A stretch of DNA of 64,000 nt from assembly GCA_027330985.1 (NCBI GenBank), contig DAHVZI010000002.1, forward strand, positions 139,162-203,161, read 5' to 3'. Origin of the DNA: Candidatus Uhrbacteria bacterium. Its GTDB lineage: Bacteria; Patescibacteriota; Patescibacteriia; 2-12-FULL-60-25. Below, piece by piece: positions 18,295 through 27,428 of the stretch. Below the pieces are notes generated by a model. It saw only the letters and a list, made by a program, of their open reading frames with translations. It was not told the origin of the DNA and ran no database searches. How positions within the stretch are numbered: the first letter of the stretch is position 1; every line of letters begins with the position of its first letter. Made by a program: the position numbers and the translations under genes.

Positions 18295-19128
18295 ATGCCT
18301 GAATTGCCGGAGGTAGAGACTATAACCAGACAGCTGGATGAAGCATTGGCGGGAAAAAGAATCGAGTCCGTCGAACTTTTGAGGTTCGGGAGGGAGGAAC
18401 CGGTGGGAAAAAAGTTCGTCGCATGTTTGACGGGCAAGAAGATCAAGAAGATAGAACGTCGCGCTAAGCTTGTCGTGTGGCGTTTTGCTGACGGGTCGGT
18501 CATGTTTACGCATCTCAAGATGACGGGACGCTTAGTCTTGGCGGATAAAGGGATCAAACCCGGTAAGCACGACCGGGCGATATTCGGCTTTTCGGTACGC
18601 GGTACGAAGAACGCGGCACGAGACGTTTTAGTCTGGTCTGACGTACGACAGTTCGGTTTCATGAAATGCCTTTCGGCGGATGAGGCGAGGAAAGTCTTGG
18701 ACGCATATGGACCTGAACCTTTGGAGATCAGCGTCAAGGAATTCGCGGATCGACTCTTGAAGCCGAAGACACGTAAGGTGAAAGTAGCTTTGATGGATCA
18801 GTCGACCATCGCAGGGATCGGCAATATCTATGCTGACGAGGCTCTGTTCCGGGCTGGAATAAGACCGACTCGTCCATTGGGCAAGCTGACGGCTAAGGAA
18901 CGTTCGGAGATCGCGAAACAGGTCCAAAAATTGCTGAAGCTCTCGATCAAACACCGTGGGACAAGCGCGAACGACTATGTGGATGCGTCCGGCAAGCAAG
19001 GGAATTTTCTTAAGCTGCTGCAGGTTTACGGCAAAGGCGGGGAAAAGTGCGTGAAGTGCGGTACGCCGATAAAACGAATCGTCATCGGTCAACGTGGGAC
19101 GCATTATTGTCCCAGATGCCAGAAATGA
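18295..19128 (+). CDS. mutM: formamidopyrimidine-DNA glycosylase
   Basis: N-terminal MPELPEVE, H2TH region, C-terminal zinc finger CxxC...CxxC. Confidence 0.9.
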   Translation: MPELPEVETITRQLDEALAGKRIESVELLRFGREEPVGKKFVACLTGKKIKKIERRAKLVVWRFADGSVMFTHLKMTGRLVLADKGIKPGKHDRAIFGFSVRGTKNAARDVLVWSDVRQFGFMKCLSADEARKVLDAYGPEPLEISVKEFADRLLKPKTRKVKVALMDQSTIAGIGNIYADEALFRAGIRPTRPLGKLTAKERSEIAKQVQKLLKLSIKHRGTSANDYVDASGKQGNFLKLLQVYGKGGEKCVKCGTPIKRIVIGQRGTHYCPRCQK

Positions 19129-19138
19129 TCGAGAAGTA

Positions 19139-19170
19139 GAGGAGTTATCCTCATTTTTTTCTTGTTTTTG
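19139..19170 (+). terminator. rho-independent terminator
   Basis: GAGGA-GTTA-TCCTC hairpin followed by ATTTTTTTCTTGTTTTTG. Confidence 0.6.
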
Positions 19171-19444
19171 ATTTACGCATGTGCGTATTTTTTATAAGGA
19201 TGTTTTTTCTGATTCCTTGTGGATAAAATCACAAGCTGTTGTTTTGAAATTAGGGCAATGAAAGTAAATGAAAACAGGCTTTTTTTGGCAAAGAGCACTT
19301 TAGGAGCGATACGTGGACACGAGCGTTGTCGTGGTGTCTTAGGGTATCTATACTTTGCACGCACCTACGTGTTCTTTTTCGTTTGGTCGTCACTTTCGTA
19401 GGTGGGGTGCACGACTGTCCGCGACAGATGAAGAGGTTGAGGCT

Positions 19445-20308
19445 ATGCAGACATCGATCCGTAGTACCATCGTAGCAGTGGGCATCGCGGCTCTGGGTTT
19501 TGCCGCCATCGATTGCGGCGGCAAGGTCGAGACGAGTCCCGAGACGGACGTAACCGCCAGTAGCCAGCAGTCGCTGGCCTTCGACGAATACGGAAAGGAT
19601 GCGGTCAGCGGTACCTTCACCGACGGCGACAACAAGCTCATCTTCATCAGCAAGTGGAGCGAAGGCGACAAGAGCGTGGACTTCCTGGCGGACGGCCAGC
19701 CCGTGGGCAGCGTAGGTTACGCGGCATCGAGCGGGCTCTTCACGGCGGACGCGGAGCTTACGCCGATCGGCAAACAGCTGATCCTCGGGCTCATCTCGAA
19801 CCTGAAGACGCTCGACGAGAACGGGATCGCTGCGACCTTCGGTGACGACGTCAGCCAGACCGCGATGGGTCTGCTCTTCAACTATGCCTCGCACTACGCT
19901 TCGGCGCCTCTCGCGCGGGCGGTGCACTACGAGAAGGTTTGGCCGATCGACGGCGCGATGACGGTCAAGTCATACGGCGGCGAGGGCATCAAGTACCTCT
20001 GGGAGTGCAGCCGCAAGTCGTCGTACAAGTACTCGACGGCGGAGTGGACCGATTCTCGCGGCTATGAATCCGCGTACACCACGTGCGGTACCTGGGCTCC
20101 GGAGTGCGAAGGCCGTTGCGGCGCGGGTTGCCCGTGCAACTCGTGGTATTGCGTGAACCGCTATTACACGAAGGACTGCTTCGACCACGACGTGTGCCTG
20201 GACAACAATCCGGGCGACGGACACAACGATCCTTTCGCGCCGAATTGCGGTGACGAGTGGGGCGACGCTTCCGACGACGTGCTGTTCGGATCCTCCAGCG
20301 GTTGGTGA
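19445..20308 (+). CDS. secreted Cys-rich hypothetical protein (GC-rich island)
   Basis: ATG at 19445 gives a signal-peptide-like N-terminus (MQTSIRSTIVAVGIAALGFAAIDCGG). The C-terminal Cys-rich region has a C-x-x-H-D-x-C motif. The ORF track start at 19355 is TTG. Confidence 0.5.
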   Translation: MQTSIRSTIVAVGIAALGFAAIDCGGKVETSPETDVTASSQQSLAFDEYGKDAVSGTFTDGDNKLIFISKWSEGDKSVDFLADGQPVGSVGYAASSGLFTADAELTPIGKQLILGLISNLKTLDENGIAATFGDDVSQTAMGLLFNYASHYASAPLARAVHYEKVWPIDGAMTVKSYGGEGIKYLWECSRKSSYKYSTAEWTDSRGYESAYTTCGTWAPECEGRCGAGCPCNSWYCVNRYYTKDCFDHDVCLDNNPGDGHNDPFAPNCGDEWGDASDDVLFGSSSGW

Positions 20309-20464
20309 GCGCGAGCTGCGCACGCCGACGTCAGACCCCTAAAGAAGAACCGCATCATCCATCTTTGATGATGCGTCCTGCGGCCCGGTGAGCATCCTGC
20401 CCCACCGGGTTTTCCTTTTTCCCGATCGATTGCATATGATGTCTTAAAATGACATCATAACCAG

Positions 20465-21118
20465 ATGAACTCGCAAAGCAATGCTGCGAAAACCGTGGCT
20501 ATACTAATGAAACGTTATCCGCAGAAAGCGGACATGGATTTAGGTAACCCGGCGGATTCCTTGATCGCGACCATCTTTTCCGCCCGGACGACGGATGCGC
20601 AGGTGCTTAAGATGTTTCCGGCTTTCAGGCAGAGATTCCCGGATTGGAAGAGCCTAGCGCGCGCGAAAGAGTCGGATATCGCGAAATCGATCAACACGAT
20701 CGGCTTGTATCGCAATAAGGCAAAGTCCGTGAAAGCTTTGGCAAAGATGATAATCCGAGATTACGATGGTCGTGTGCCTAAGACGATGGATGAATTGGTG
20801 ACGTTACCGGGCGTCGGACGTAAGACCGCAAGCTGTATCTTGTCGGCATGCTTCGATGTGCCGGCGGTGGCCGTCGATACTCACGTGTTCCGTATCGCGC
20901 ATCGTCTGGGTTGGTCGAAAGGCAAGACACCGGAGAAAGTCGAGGCAGACATCAAGAAATTGCTGCCGCAGAAGATGTGGGGCGAGGTGAACCGTACGAT
21001 GGTGCGTTTCGGACGTGAGATCTGCATCGGCGGAAAGAAGCCGAAGTGCTGGATGTGCCCAGTAGCCGAGTGGTGCGCGTATAAGCCGAAGACGAAAGAG
21101 CCTACGGAAAGACGTTGA
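20465..21118 (+). CDS. nth: endonuclease III
   Basis: HhH-GPD motif (LPGVGRKTA), catalytic Lys/Asp region, 4Fe-4S cluster loop C-x6-C-x2-C-x5-C. Confidence 0.9.
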   Translation: MNSQSNAAKTVAILMKRYPQKADMDLGNPADSLIATIFSARTTDAQVLKMFPAFRQRFPDWKSLARAKESDIAKSINTIGLYRNKAKSVKALAKMIIRDYDGRVPKTMDELVTLPGVGRKTASCILSACFDVPAVAVDTHVFRIAHRLGWSKGKTPEKVEADIKKLLPQKMWGEVNRTMVRFGREICIGGKKPKCWMCPVAEWCAYKPKTKEPTERR

Positions 21119-21165
21119 ATTTCGGATTTCGTTTACCGAATGCTAAACTGATTACGCACAAGGAT

Positions 21166-21726
21166 ATGATTAGTGCATCTTTAGATTTGTTTTCTGTGAG
21201 CCTGATCCAAGGTATTTTTTTGGCTAGTCCGATGTCTAAAGCGGTCGCCGTATTTTTGGCGCGTTGGGCGATTTATCTGTTTCTGATCCCTATCCTTTAT
21301 TTCGTGAAGACGAGGAAGCAGGACCTGCATCACGCCGTCGCCGAAGCCGCTTGGGGTGGAGGTGTCGCGTTGATACTCACGACCGTGATGGCTTATTTCC
21401 TCCAAAGGCCTCGTCCTTATATCGACGCGTCGGGGATCGCGTTGCTGATCCCGTCGCCGCTCAACACATCATTCCCTTCCGGGCACACCGCGGCGTCATT
21501 CGCTATCGCGTTCGCCATCCTGTATGCCGATAAGCGCTGGGGGATTTTCGCTCTGGTGTTGGCTTGTTCGATAGCGCTTGGTAGAATCGCAGTCGGAGTG
21601 CATTATCCGAGCGACATAGTCGGAGGTGTGTTGGTCGGTTTCGCCAGTTTCGCGTTGGTCAGGTTCATGCATGGCGAATTGACGCGTCGCGATGTCGCAC
21701 CACATAACGGCAAAGCAAAAAGATGA
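21166..21726 (+). CDS. PAP2 family phosphatase (BcrC/undecaprenyl-diphosphatase-like)
   Basis: PAP2 motifs RPRPY, PSGHT, GVHYPSDIVGG. ATG at 21166 has AGGA 6 nt upstream. The ORF track start at 21115 is TTG. Confidence 0.75.
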   Translation: MISASLDLFSVSLIQGIFLASPMSKAVAVFLARWAIYLFLIPILYFVKTRKQDLHHAVAEAAWGGGVALILTTVMAYFLQRPRPYIDASGIALLIPSPLNTSFPSGHTAASFAIAFAILYADKRWGIFALVLACSIALGRIAVGVHYPSDIVGGVLVGFASFALVRFMHGELTRRDVAPHNGKAKR

Positions 21727-22751
21727 AAAAGATAATCTTCGTGTTGGCGTTGATTCTGCTTTTTACGGCGGGCTTTTTTTCTTGGTTCGCGCCGGCGGCT
21801 TGGCTGTCCAAACCTGACCAGAATGCCCAGAGCATGAAGTTCACGGTCCCGGAGGGCGCGACGGCCAGCGAAGTGGGGCAGGCGTTGCAGCAAAGAGGGG
21901 TCATCGCTTCGGCTTGGGGATATGGCCTTTACATCAAGATGGATGCTACGGCGCAACGCCCGAAGGCAGGCGATTATCAGGTGAAGACGGGAATGAGTTA
22001 TCGCAGCCTTGCGCGGCTCTTCGCTTTAGGCCCGGAGAGGAACGAGATAGGCGTGAAGATAATCGAAGGTTGGAACCTAAGCGATGAAGAGGGCGCTTTG
22101 GCTAAGTTGGGCGTGGCAGGTAAGGACTTCCGTGCGTTGACGGGTAACTATAAGGCCAGACAACCGTATGCCTCCAGTCTGAAAAACGACTATCTGTTCT
22201 TGTCGGAGTTGCCTGAAGGAGCGTCACTCGAAGGTTTTTTGTTCCCGGATACGTATCGTGTGTGGCAAGACCAGCTGCCGGAAAGCCTGGTGCGTAAGCA
22301 ATTAACGCAGTTCTCTAAGGTCTATGACGAAATTTCTCCGGAGCTGAAGAAGCAGGGGAAGGGCCTGGATGACGTCATCATCCTTGCCTCCATCGTGGAG
22401 CGCGAAGCGACGGACTTGGCGGATAAGAAGATGATCGCAGGAATATACCTGAATCGCATCAAGCGCGGGATGCTGTTGCAATCCGATGCGACGGTGAATT
22501 ACGTGACCGGCGCCGGACGTGCCAGACCGACTTTGGATGATTTGGCCGTCGATTCACCATTCAATACCTATAAATATAAGGGCCTGCCTCCCGCGCCGAT
22601 CTGCAACCCGGGCAAGGATTCGATCATGGCAGCGTTGGATCCTACGCCGTCGGATTATCTATACTATCTGCACGATGCCGACGGAAAAAGCTACTACGCC
22701 AAGACCCTGGATGAACATATCAAAAATCGTTATAAGGCCTACGGGGAGTAA
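21723..22751 (+). CDS. mltG: endolytic murein transglycosylase MltG (YceG family)
   Basis: N-terminal TM helix. YceG-like domain with the conserved Glu region (IIEGWN...) and C-terminal PP..P motif (KYKGLPPAPICNPG). Confidence 0.85.
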   Translation: MKKIIFVLALILLFTAGFFSWFAPAAWLSKPDQNAQSMKFTVPEGATASEVGQALQQRGVIASAWGYGLYIKMDATAQRPKAGDYQVKTGMSYRSLARLFALGPERNEIGVKIIEGWNLSDEEGALAKLGVAGKDFRALTGNYKARQPYASSLKNDYLFLSELPEGASLEGFLFPDTYRVWQDQLPESLVRKQLTQFSKVYDEISPELKKQGKGLDDVIILASIVEREATDLADKKMIAGIYLNRIKRGMLLQSDATVNYVTGAGRARPTLDDLAVDSPFNTYKYKGLPPAPICNPGKDSIMAALDPTPSDYLYYLHDADGKSYYAKTLDEHIKNRYKAYGE

Positions 22752-22881
22752 TCAGTAATCATTATCAGATTCCTTTGTTTTTACTTGTTTTTGATATTCT
22801 TAGGTTGACATTTTCAACAGTTCTAGTTAACTTTACCCATTCCATTTACGGAATGAGGCTCTTTCCACGAAAGGGTTGGCC

Positions 22882-24186
22882 ATGCTCTGTTATCTCCCGG
22901 AGGAAGTGACGGTCAGGAATTCCAAGGGTAGTCTGACGGCAGTACTTGGCAGGTTGCCTTGGGGCGGGGACCATATGGTCCTGAAAGACGGTGCGCTCGA
23001 GCAGCCGCCGGGCAAGAACGGCGAGGTGCTCGTACCCGCCGGATCATTCTGGCGCAGCAACGCAGAGTTGAGGTCGCGGACCAAGGGCAAGTCCACGCAT
23101 GCGCAACTCGTCGATCTGTATGAGTTGGAGCTTGCAGGCCGGCATACGTTGCTCTTCGAGAAGTTCGACAAGGATGAGATGCGGCAGCGGATCGCGGCGC
23201 AACGGGATTTCTCGATCTTCATGCTGAACTTCCCGGCGACGACGGAGGACGAGCGCCGCCTGCTTTTCGAGACGCATTACGGTCTGGCGGGTACGCTCGC
23301 CAAGGTCCGCGACAGCGACAAGATCGCAGCGCGCGAGATGATGCATGCAGCGTTCAGCCTCCTCGATTCGAGCGGCCGGCCGAACCCGGTAGCGAAGGCC
23401 ATGCAGAGCGGCGGCGCCATCGGGCGCTTCAAGACGCGCAGCGCACGGGCGACGGCCATCGCTGATTTCGAGAAGTGGCGCACCGAAAAGGTCGTCGAGG
23501 TGATCGACGACCATCTGTATCTGTATGGGCGCCTGTGGATGGCGCTCAGCATGGCACAGAGGTCAGGAGTGGCTGACGTCGCGGAGAGGATTTTCACGGA
23601 AGACACCTACTTGAGGATCGGCCCGGACAACTGGCTGAGCGACGTACGAGGTCAGGATGGGTTGCGCGCAGCCGCGCAGGTCATCCGATCCTTCATCGAT
23701 CCGCTCTCGACCATCCAGGTGTTGCCGTTCCGCAAGAACACAGCGCATGTGCTGAAGGAGCTCAGGCTCGCGCAGCAACTCTGCGAGCAGGGCAAAAGGC
23801 TGGAGCTCGTCTCCCTGTTGCGCAAGACGCGTCGCGGCTTGCGCTGGGTCTTCGCCCTGCATGCACTACAGCACGACGTGAACATGCCTCTCTCATTGCT
23901 CTTGGACGCCCTGCGCAAGCTCTACTCCAAGAATCTCGTGGAGGATGGTACCGGGCGGCGCAGGGTCGTGATCCCTCGTTCTGCGGCGCCGGATCACTTC
24001 GCCGTGATCGAGAGCGCTCTCGAGTCGGTCAGGACCAGGATCGAAGAAAAGTGCAACGAGGACGACCTCGACCACAAGATCAAGAAGCAGGTCGAGATCT
24101 ACCTCGCCACAGCGCAGGTGGCCCTCGCCGAGGACAACTGGACAGTGGCCCAGAAGAACATAGTCAAAGCGGCCAGGCTCATGTAG
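22882..24186 (+). CDS. hypothetical all-helical protein (GC-rich island)
   Basis: ORF of 434 aa from ATG 22882 (TTG at 22876 in the track). No recognised domain. Strongly GC-rich codons. Confidence 0.5.
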   Translation: MLCYLPEEVTVRNSKGSLTAVLGRLPWGGDHMVLKDGALEQPPGKNGEVLVPAGSFWRSNAELRSRTKGKSTHAQLVDLYELELAGRHTLLFEKFDKDEMRQRIAAQRDFSIFMLNFPATTEDERRLLFETHYGLAGTLAKVRDSDKIAAREMMHAAFSLLDSSGRPNPVAKAMQSGGAIGRFKTRSARATAIADFEKWRTEKVVEVIDDHLYLYGRLWMALSMAQRSGVADVAERIFTEDTYLRIGPDNWLSDVRGQDGLRAAAQVIRSFIDPLSTIQVLPFRKNTAHVLKELRLAQQLCEQGKRLELVSLLRKTRRGLRWVFALHALQHDVNMPLSLLLDALRKLYSKNLVEDGTGRRRVVIPRSAAPDHFAVIESALESVRTRIEEKCNEDDLDHKIKKQVEIYLATAQVALAEDNWTVAQKNIVKAARLM

Positions 24187-24206
24187 CCCAGCCGCCCTCA
24201 TGGCAC

Positions 24207-24237
24207 GCGCCGCCCACCGAATCTGGTGAGGCGGCGC
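24207..24237. terminator. bidirectional terminator hairpin between convergent genes
   Basis: GCGCCGCCCACC-GAATCT-GGTGAGGCGGCGC followed by a T-rich tract. Confidence 0.55.
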
Positions 24238-24246
24238 TCTTCAATT

Positions 24247-25260
24247 TTATTTCTTAAATTTTTTGGCTATCCACTTGGCGAGCCTGTAGATCACATACAG
24301 GATGAGTAGGATCGGCAAGAGTAGGCCGATGCCGTAGAAAAACGCTGCGATGAGGAAATCGACTAGGCCTTGCAGGGCGATGACGAGTCCGCGGAAAGAC
24401 AGCCGTATCGTCTCCAGCGGTTTCCAGGTGCGTGTGGGTATCTCGATCTGGGTTTCCTCGGTGATGGTCAGATTAAGCGTAGCGTAATCCGTCTTGTCGG
24501 TCAGATAACGCAACTGTCCCTGCATCTGTTCGATGCGCGTGCGGACTTGGCTCAAAGCACTTGTGACTTTCAGCGTATCCTCCACGGTCTTGGCTTCTTT
24601 GAGGATGTCGAGATATTGCGCTTCTTCGGCTTGGGCGGCTTTCAGGCGCGCATTCAGGTCCACGAACTGATCCGTCACGTCATCCGCATTGGATGATTCG
24701 GAAAGGACCACGACCGAGAGTTTCTTCGCTGCGGCAACGAGCTCGTCGAATTTATCCGAGGCGACACGGATGGTGATGTAAGCGGTCTTTACTCCGGCGT
24801 TATCCTGCAGGTTGGAGCTGGCGACGAATCCGCCATATTGGGAAGCCAGACCTTTCGCTTCTTCCAGACGTTTCTCCGTATTATCGACGCGGATCGACAG
24901 ATATCCGTTGCGGATGATCTTCTGTCCGACATCGGCGCGTTCTTCGGCGGTTGCGCCGCTGCCTCCATAGTACGGCATGATCTCCGGCATGGCGGAATCC
25001 ATCATGTCGTAGGCCGGACTTGGCGCTGCGCTCGGGGCAATGGCTTTGCTCGAGGCGATCCCACTGGAGACGGAGTAATCCATCATCCCCATTCCGGTTC
25101 CAGCGGTCTGGAGGCTATTGCGGGATGAGGAAGTGGTGCCGAAAGACCAGGCGAGAATTAAGATGACGATAAATGAGACGACGATCGTACCGATGATCGT
25201 CAAAACCACGGTGCGTCCGGTATGCGGACGGACCGGAGGGGGCGTGTTTGGTGTAGGCAT
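24247..25260 (-). CDS. DUF4349-like membrane protein
   Basis: Pro-rich N-terminus, TM helix, central domain with a coiled-coil, and a C-terminal TM helix with a basic tail. This architecture resembles DUF4349. The start is placed at the internal Met (MPTPNTPPP). Confidence 0.5.
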   Translation of the reverse strand: MPTPNTPPPVRPHTGRTVVLTIIGTIVVSFIVILILAWSFGTTSSSRNSLQTAGTGMGMMDYSVSSGIASSKAIAPSAAPSPAYDMMDSAMPEIMPYYGGSGATAEERADVGQKIIRNGYLSIRVDNTEKRLEEAKGLASQYGGFVASSNLQDNAGVKTAYITIRVASDKFDELVAAAKKLSVVVLSESSNADDVTDQFVDLNARLKAAQAEEAQYLDILKEAKTVEDTLKVTSALSQVRTRIEQMQGQLRYLTDKTDYATLNLTITEETQIEIPTRTWKPLETIRLSFRGLVIALQGLVDFLIAAFFYGIGLLLPILLILYVIYRLAKWIAKKFKK

Positions 25261-25480
25261 ATGTGAATAGGATAGCAGGAAACGGGGGGAGGGGCGAGGG
25301 GAGAAGGGAGGTATTTTTGAGATTAAGCTGCGGTATTTATAGGGGAGCGGAATATTTCGGCACAACGTTTGGCAGCTAGCCGAAGTGCCCGCGCCATATA
25401 CGTGTCCGCCGAAGCGTTAGCGGAGGCAATATACAAAAAAGCGGGCATTTTGGCTAGGTGCCGTTATAGCCAGTACGCAT

Positions 25481-26227
25481 TCACGAATAAATGAAATTCT
25501 GAAACGGGTCACGTTCATTTTGGAGTATCTGCCAATCGAAGTCATATCGCAAGTCTGCCGGCCAATTTGTCGGAAATTTTACACGAAAGTAATCGCCGAT
25601 TGCCGATTCTGTACCGTCATTAGGGCCTTCTAAAGTTAAGCAGCTATTTCCTGGGCCGAAATCCTCTGTCCTAAATTGTGATGATAAAACTATAACTAAT
25701 GCAGAAACTGCATCAAGCAGATTGTCAAAATTGGCAAGTTGAAACTTTGAATGTCTGTCGTGCTTTGATTTATTGTATGCCTGATACCAGTCGAGTCCAC
25801 TCTCACTGTCCCATGTCGAGAACGGCCGTCGCACGCGTTTATCACCATGCCATAAAGGAAAACTCACCTCATAAGCTGAAAGAAGGTGAGATTCATTCAC
25901 TTTTCGATAATCGGACATGTTCCAGTTGCCTGATTCATTGTAACCGTTTTCGGTTAAAATAGCGACAAAATTAGCTTCAATTTCAACACATGTCCGTAAA
26001 AGGAGTTCATGAATTCGGAACGAAAATGTCTGAAGATTGGTGTCCGCTGGTTCGACGTAATCAAAAAGAGTGAGGAGGTCTTTCTGTATAAGAAGAAATG
26101 CCCGAACATAATGTTCTGGAGCTACAGCAAATTTGGGATGCGAAATGTATCTTGCCCGTCCGCCTTCAGCGTAATGTCCGTCGACAAATTGTCTAACGGT
26201 TCGTCGATATGGTCTTTGGATAGTCAT
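25481..26227 (-). CDS. orphan hypothetical protein in an AT-rich island (several Rx5H motifs)
   Basis: ORF of 248 aa. Visibly lower GC than its neighbours. Motifs RQFVDGH, RARYISH, RKVNESH. No recognised family. Confidence 0.5.
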   Translation of the reverse strand: MTIQRPYRRTVRQFVDGHYAEGGRARYISHPKFAVAPEHYVRAFLLIQKDLLTLFDYVEPADTNLQTFSFRIHELLLRTCVEIEANFVAILTENGYNESGNWNMSDYRKVNESHLLSAYEVSFPLWHGDKRVRRPFSTWDSESGLDWYQAYNKSKHDRHSKFQLANFDNLLDAVSALVIVLSSQFRTEDFGPGNSCLTLEGPNDGTESAIGDYFRVKFPTNWPADLRYDFDWQILQNERDPFQNFIYS

Positions 26228-26365
26228 GTCGTTGCGTATTGGCTATAACTCGTTTTTATGTGCAATGTTTAGCTGGTAATACTGATTATGCGTATGTTAT
26301 GTGAGATTTTGGCGATGGTTAATGGCAGCCACCGCGATTGTGCTGAACTGTCTTGGGTAAAGATA

Positions 26366-27112
26366 TCATTTTTCGACGTATCCTCCATCCACGACAAAGG
26401 TCGAGCGGGTGATGAAACTGGCGTCATCCGAGACTAAGAATAGGATCGCCTGCGCTATCTCTTCGGGTTTGCCGAACCTGCCAAGCAGAATCTTCTTCGT
26501 TTCGCTTTCCACGTAATCCTTATCAAGGTCTTTGTTTATTTCGGTTTCGACCCAGCCCGGCGCGACTGCGTTGACTCGGATGGTCGGCGCGAGTTGCGTC
26601 GCAAGATTCTTGGTCAAGCTGATGACGCCGGATTTCGATGCATCATAATCCATGGAGTCGGGACTCAACGTGTCGATTCCGTTCGTAGAAGCGATGTTCA
26701 CGATGTTGCCTGAACCATTCTTGAGCATATGCTGCGAGGCATATTTAGAACATAGGTATGTACCGATGAGGTTGACGTCTAGAGTCCTCTTCCATTGTTC
26801 GACGGTTCGTTCCTCAAAAGGGACGTCATAGACGATGCCTGCGTTGTTGACCAAGATATCGATCTTACCGAAAGCCTCGATACATTTTTCGACCATGGAT
26901 TTAACCTGGTCTTCTTGGGCGACGTCGGCCTGTACGATCATCGCTACGCCATTCATTTTTACAATCTCGTCAGCTACCTCTTGGGCCCTTTGTTTTTCTT
27001 TCTCGAAGTTTATGACCACTTTTGCGCCTTCTTTGGCGAAAAGCAGGGCGGTGGCTCTGCCGATGCCTCGGCTCGCGCCGGTGATGAGAGCGACTTTGTT
27101 GTTTAGTTTCAT
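26366..27112 (-). CDS. SDR family oxidoreductase (FabG-like)
   Basis: TGASRGIG Rossmann motif, NNAG, catalytic YxxxK (YDASK). Confidence 0.85.
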   Translation of the reverse strand: MKLNNKVALITGASRGIGRATALLFAKEGAKVVINFEKEKQRAQEVADEIVKMNGVAMIVQADVAQEDQVKSMVEKCIEAFGKIDILVNNAGIVYDVPFEERTVEQWKRTLDVNLIGTYLCSKYASQHMLKNGSGNIVNIASTNGIDTLSPDSMDYDASKSGVISLTKNLATQLAPTIRVNAVAPGWVETEINKDLDKDYVESETKKILLGRFGKPEEIAQAILFLVSDDASFITRSTFVVDGGYVEK

Positions 27113-27306
27113 AAAATGTTTAGTTTATCCTTAGCTTAGTCGAATCATGTGGTGTGGTAAAGATGGGTTTTGTTGCGGGTCGAGGACAAGATCCCGGGTC
27201 AGTGCCCGGGATGACAGAGGAGGGTCGGGAGACTGCGGGTGTGGGTCTGGATTCCCGTTTTCGTGGGAACAACGAAGGAAAAATTAGGATTTTGGGGGTC
27301 TTCTCA

Positions 27307-27335
27307 TTGACAGGACGGCCATTTTGTGGTTTAAT
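27307..27335 (+). promoter_or_regulatory. sigma70-like promoter (TTGACA-17-TTTAAT)
   Basis: TTGACAGG, 17 nt, TTTAAT. An 85-nt 5' UTR with GCCCAT-TTTT-ATGGGC hairpin and GGAGAGGGAAG RBS precedes the ATG at 27429. Confidence 0.4.
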
Positions 27336-27428
27336 CATCCATCAGCTCCTTGAGAATTCAGCCCATTTTTATGGGCATGTCGTTTCATCCAACCCGTAGA
27401 ATCAAGTTCAACCGGAGAGGGAAGAAAG

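Noticed and set aside
19250-19927. Minus-strand 225-aa ORF overlapping the secreted Cys-rich gene
   Set aside because: Arg-rich junk translation in a GC-rich region. The plus-strand ORF has a signal peptide and structured Cys pattern.
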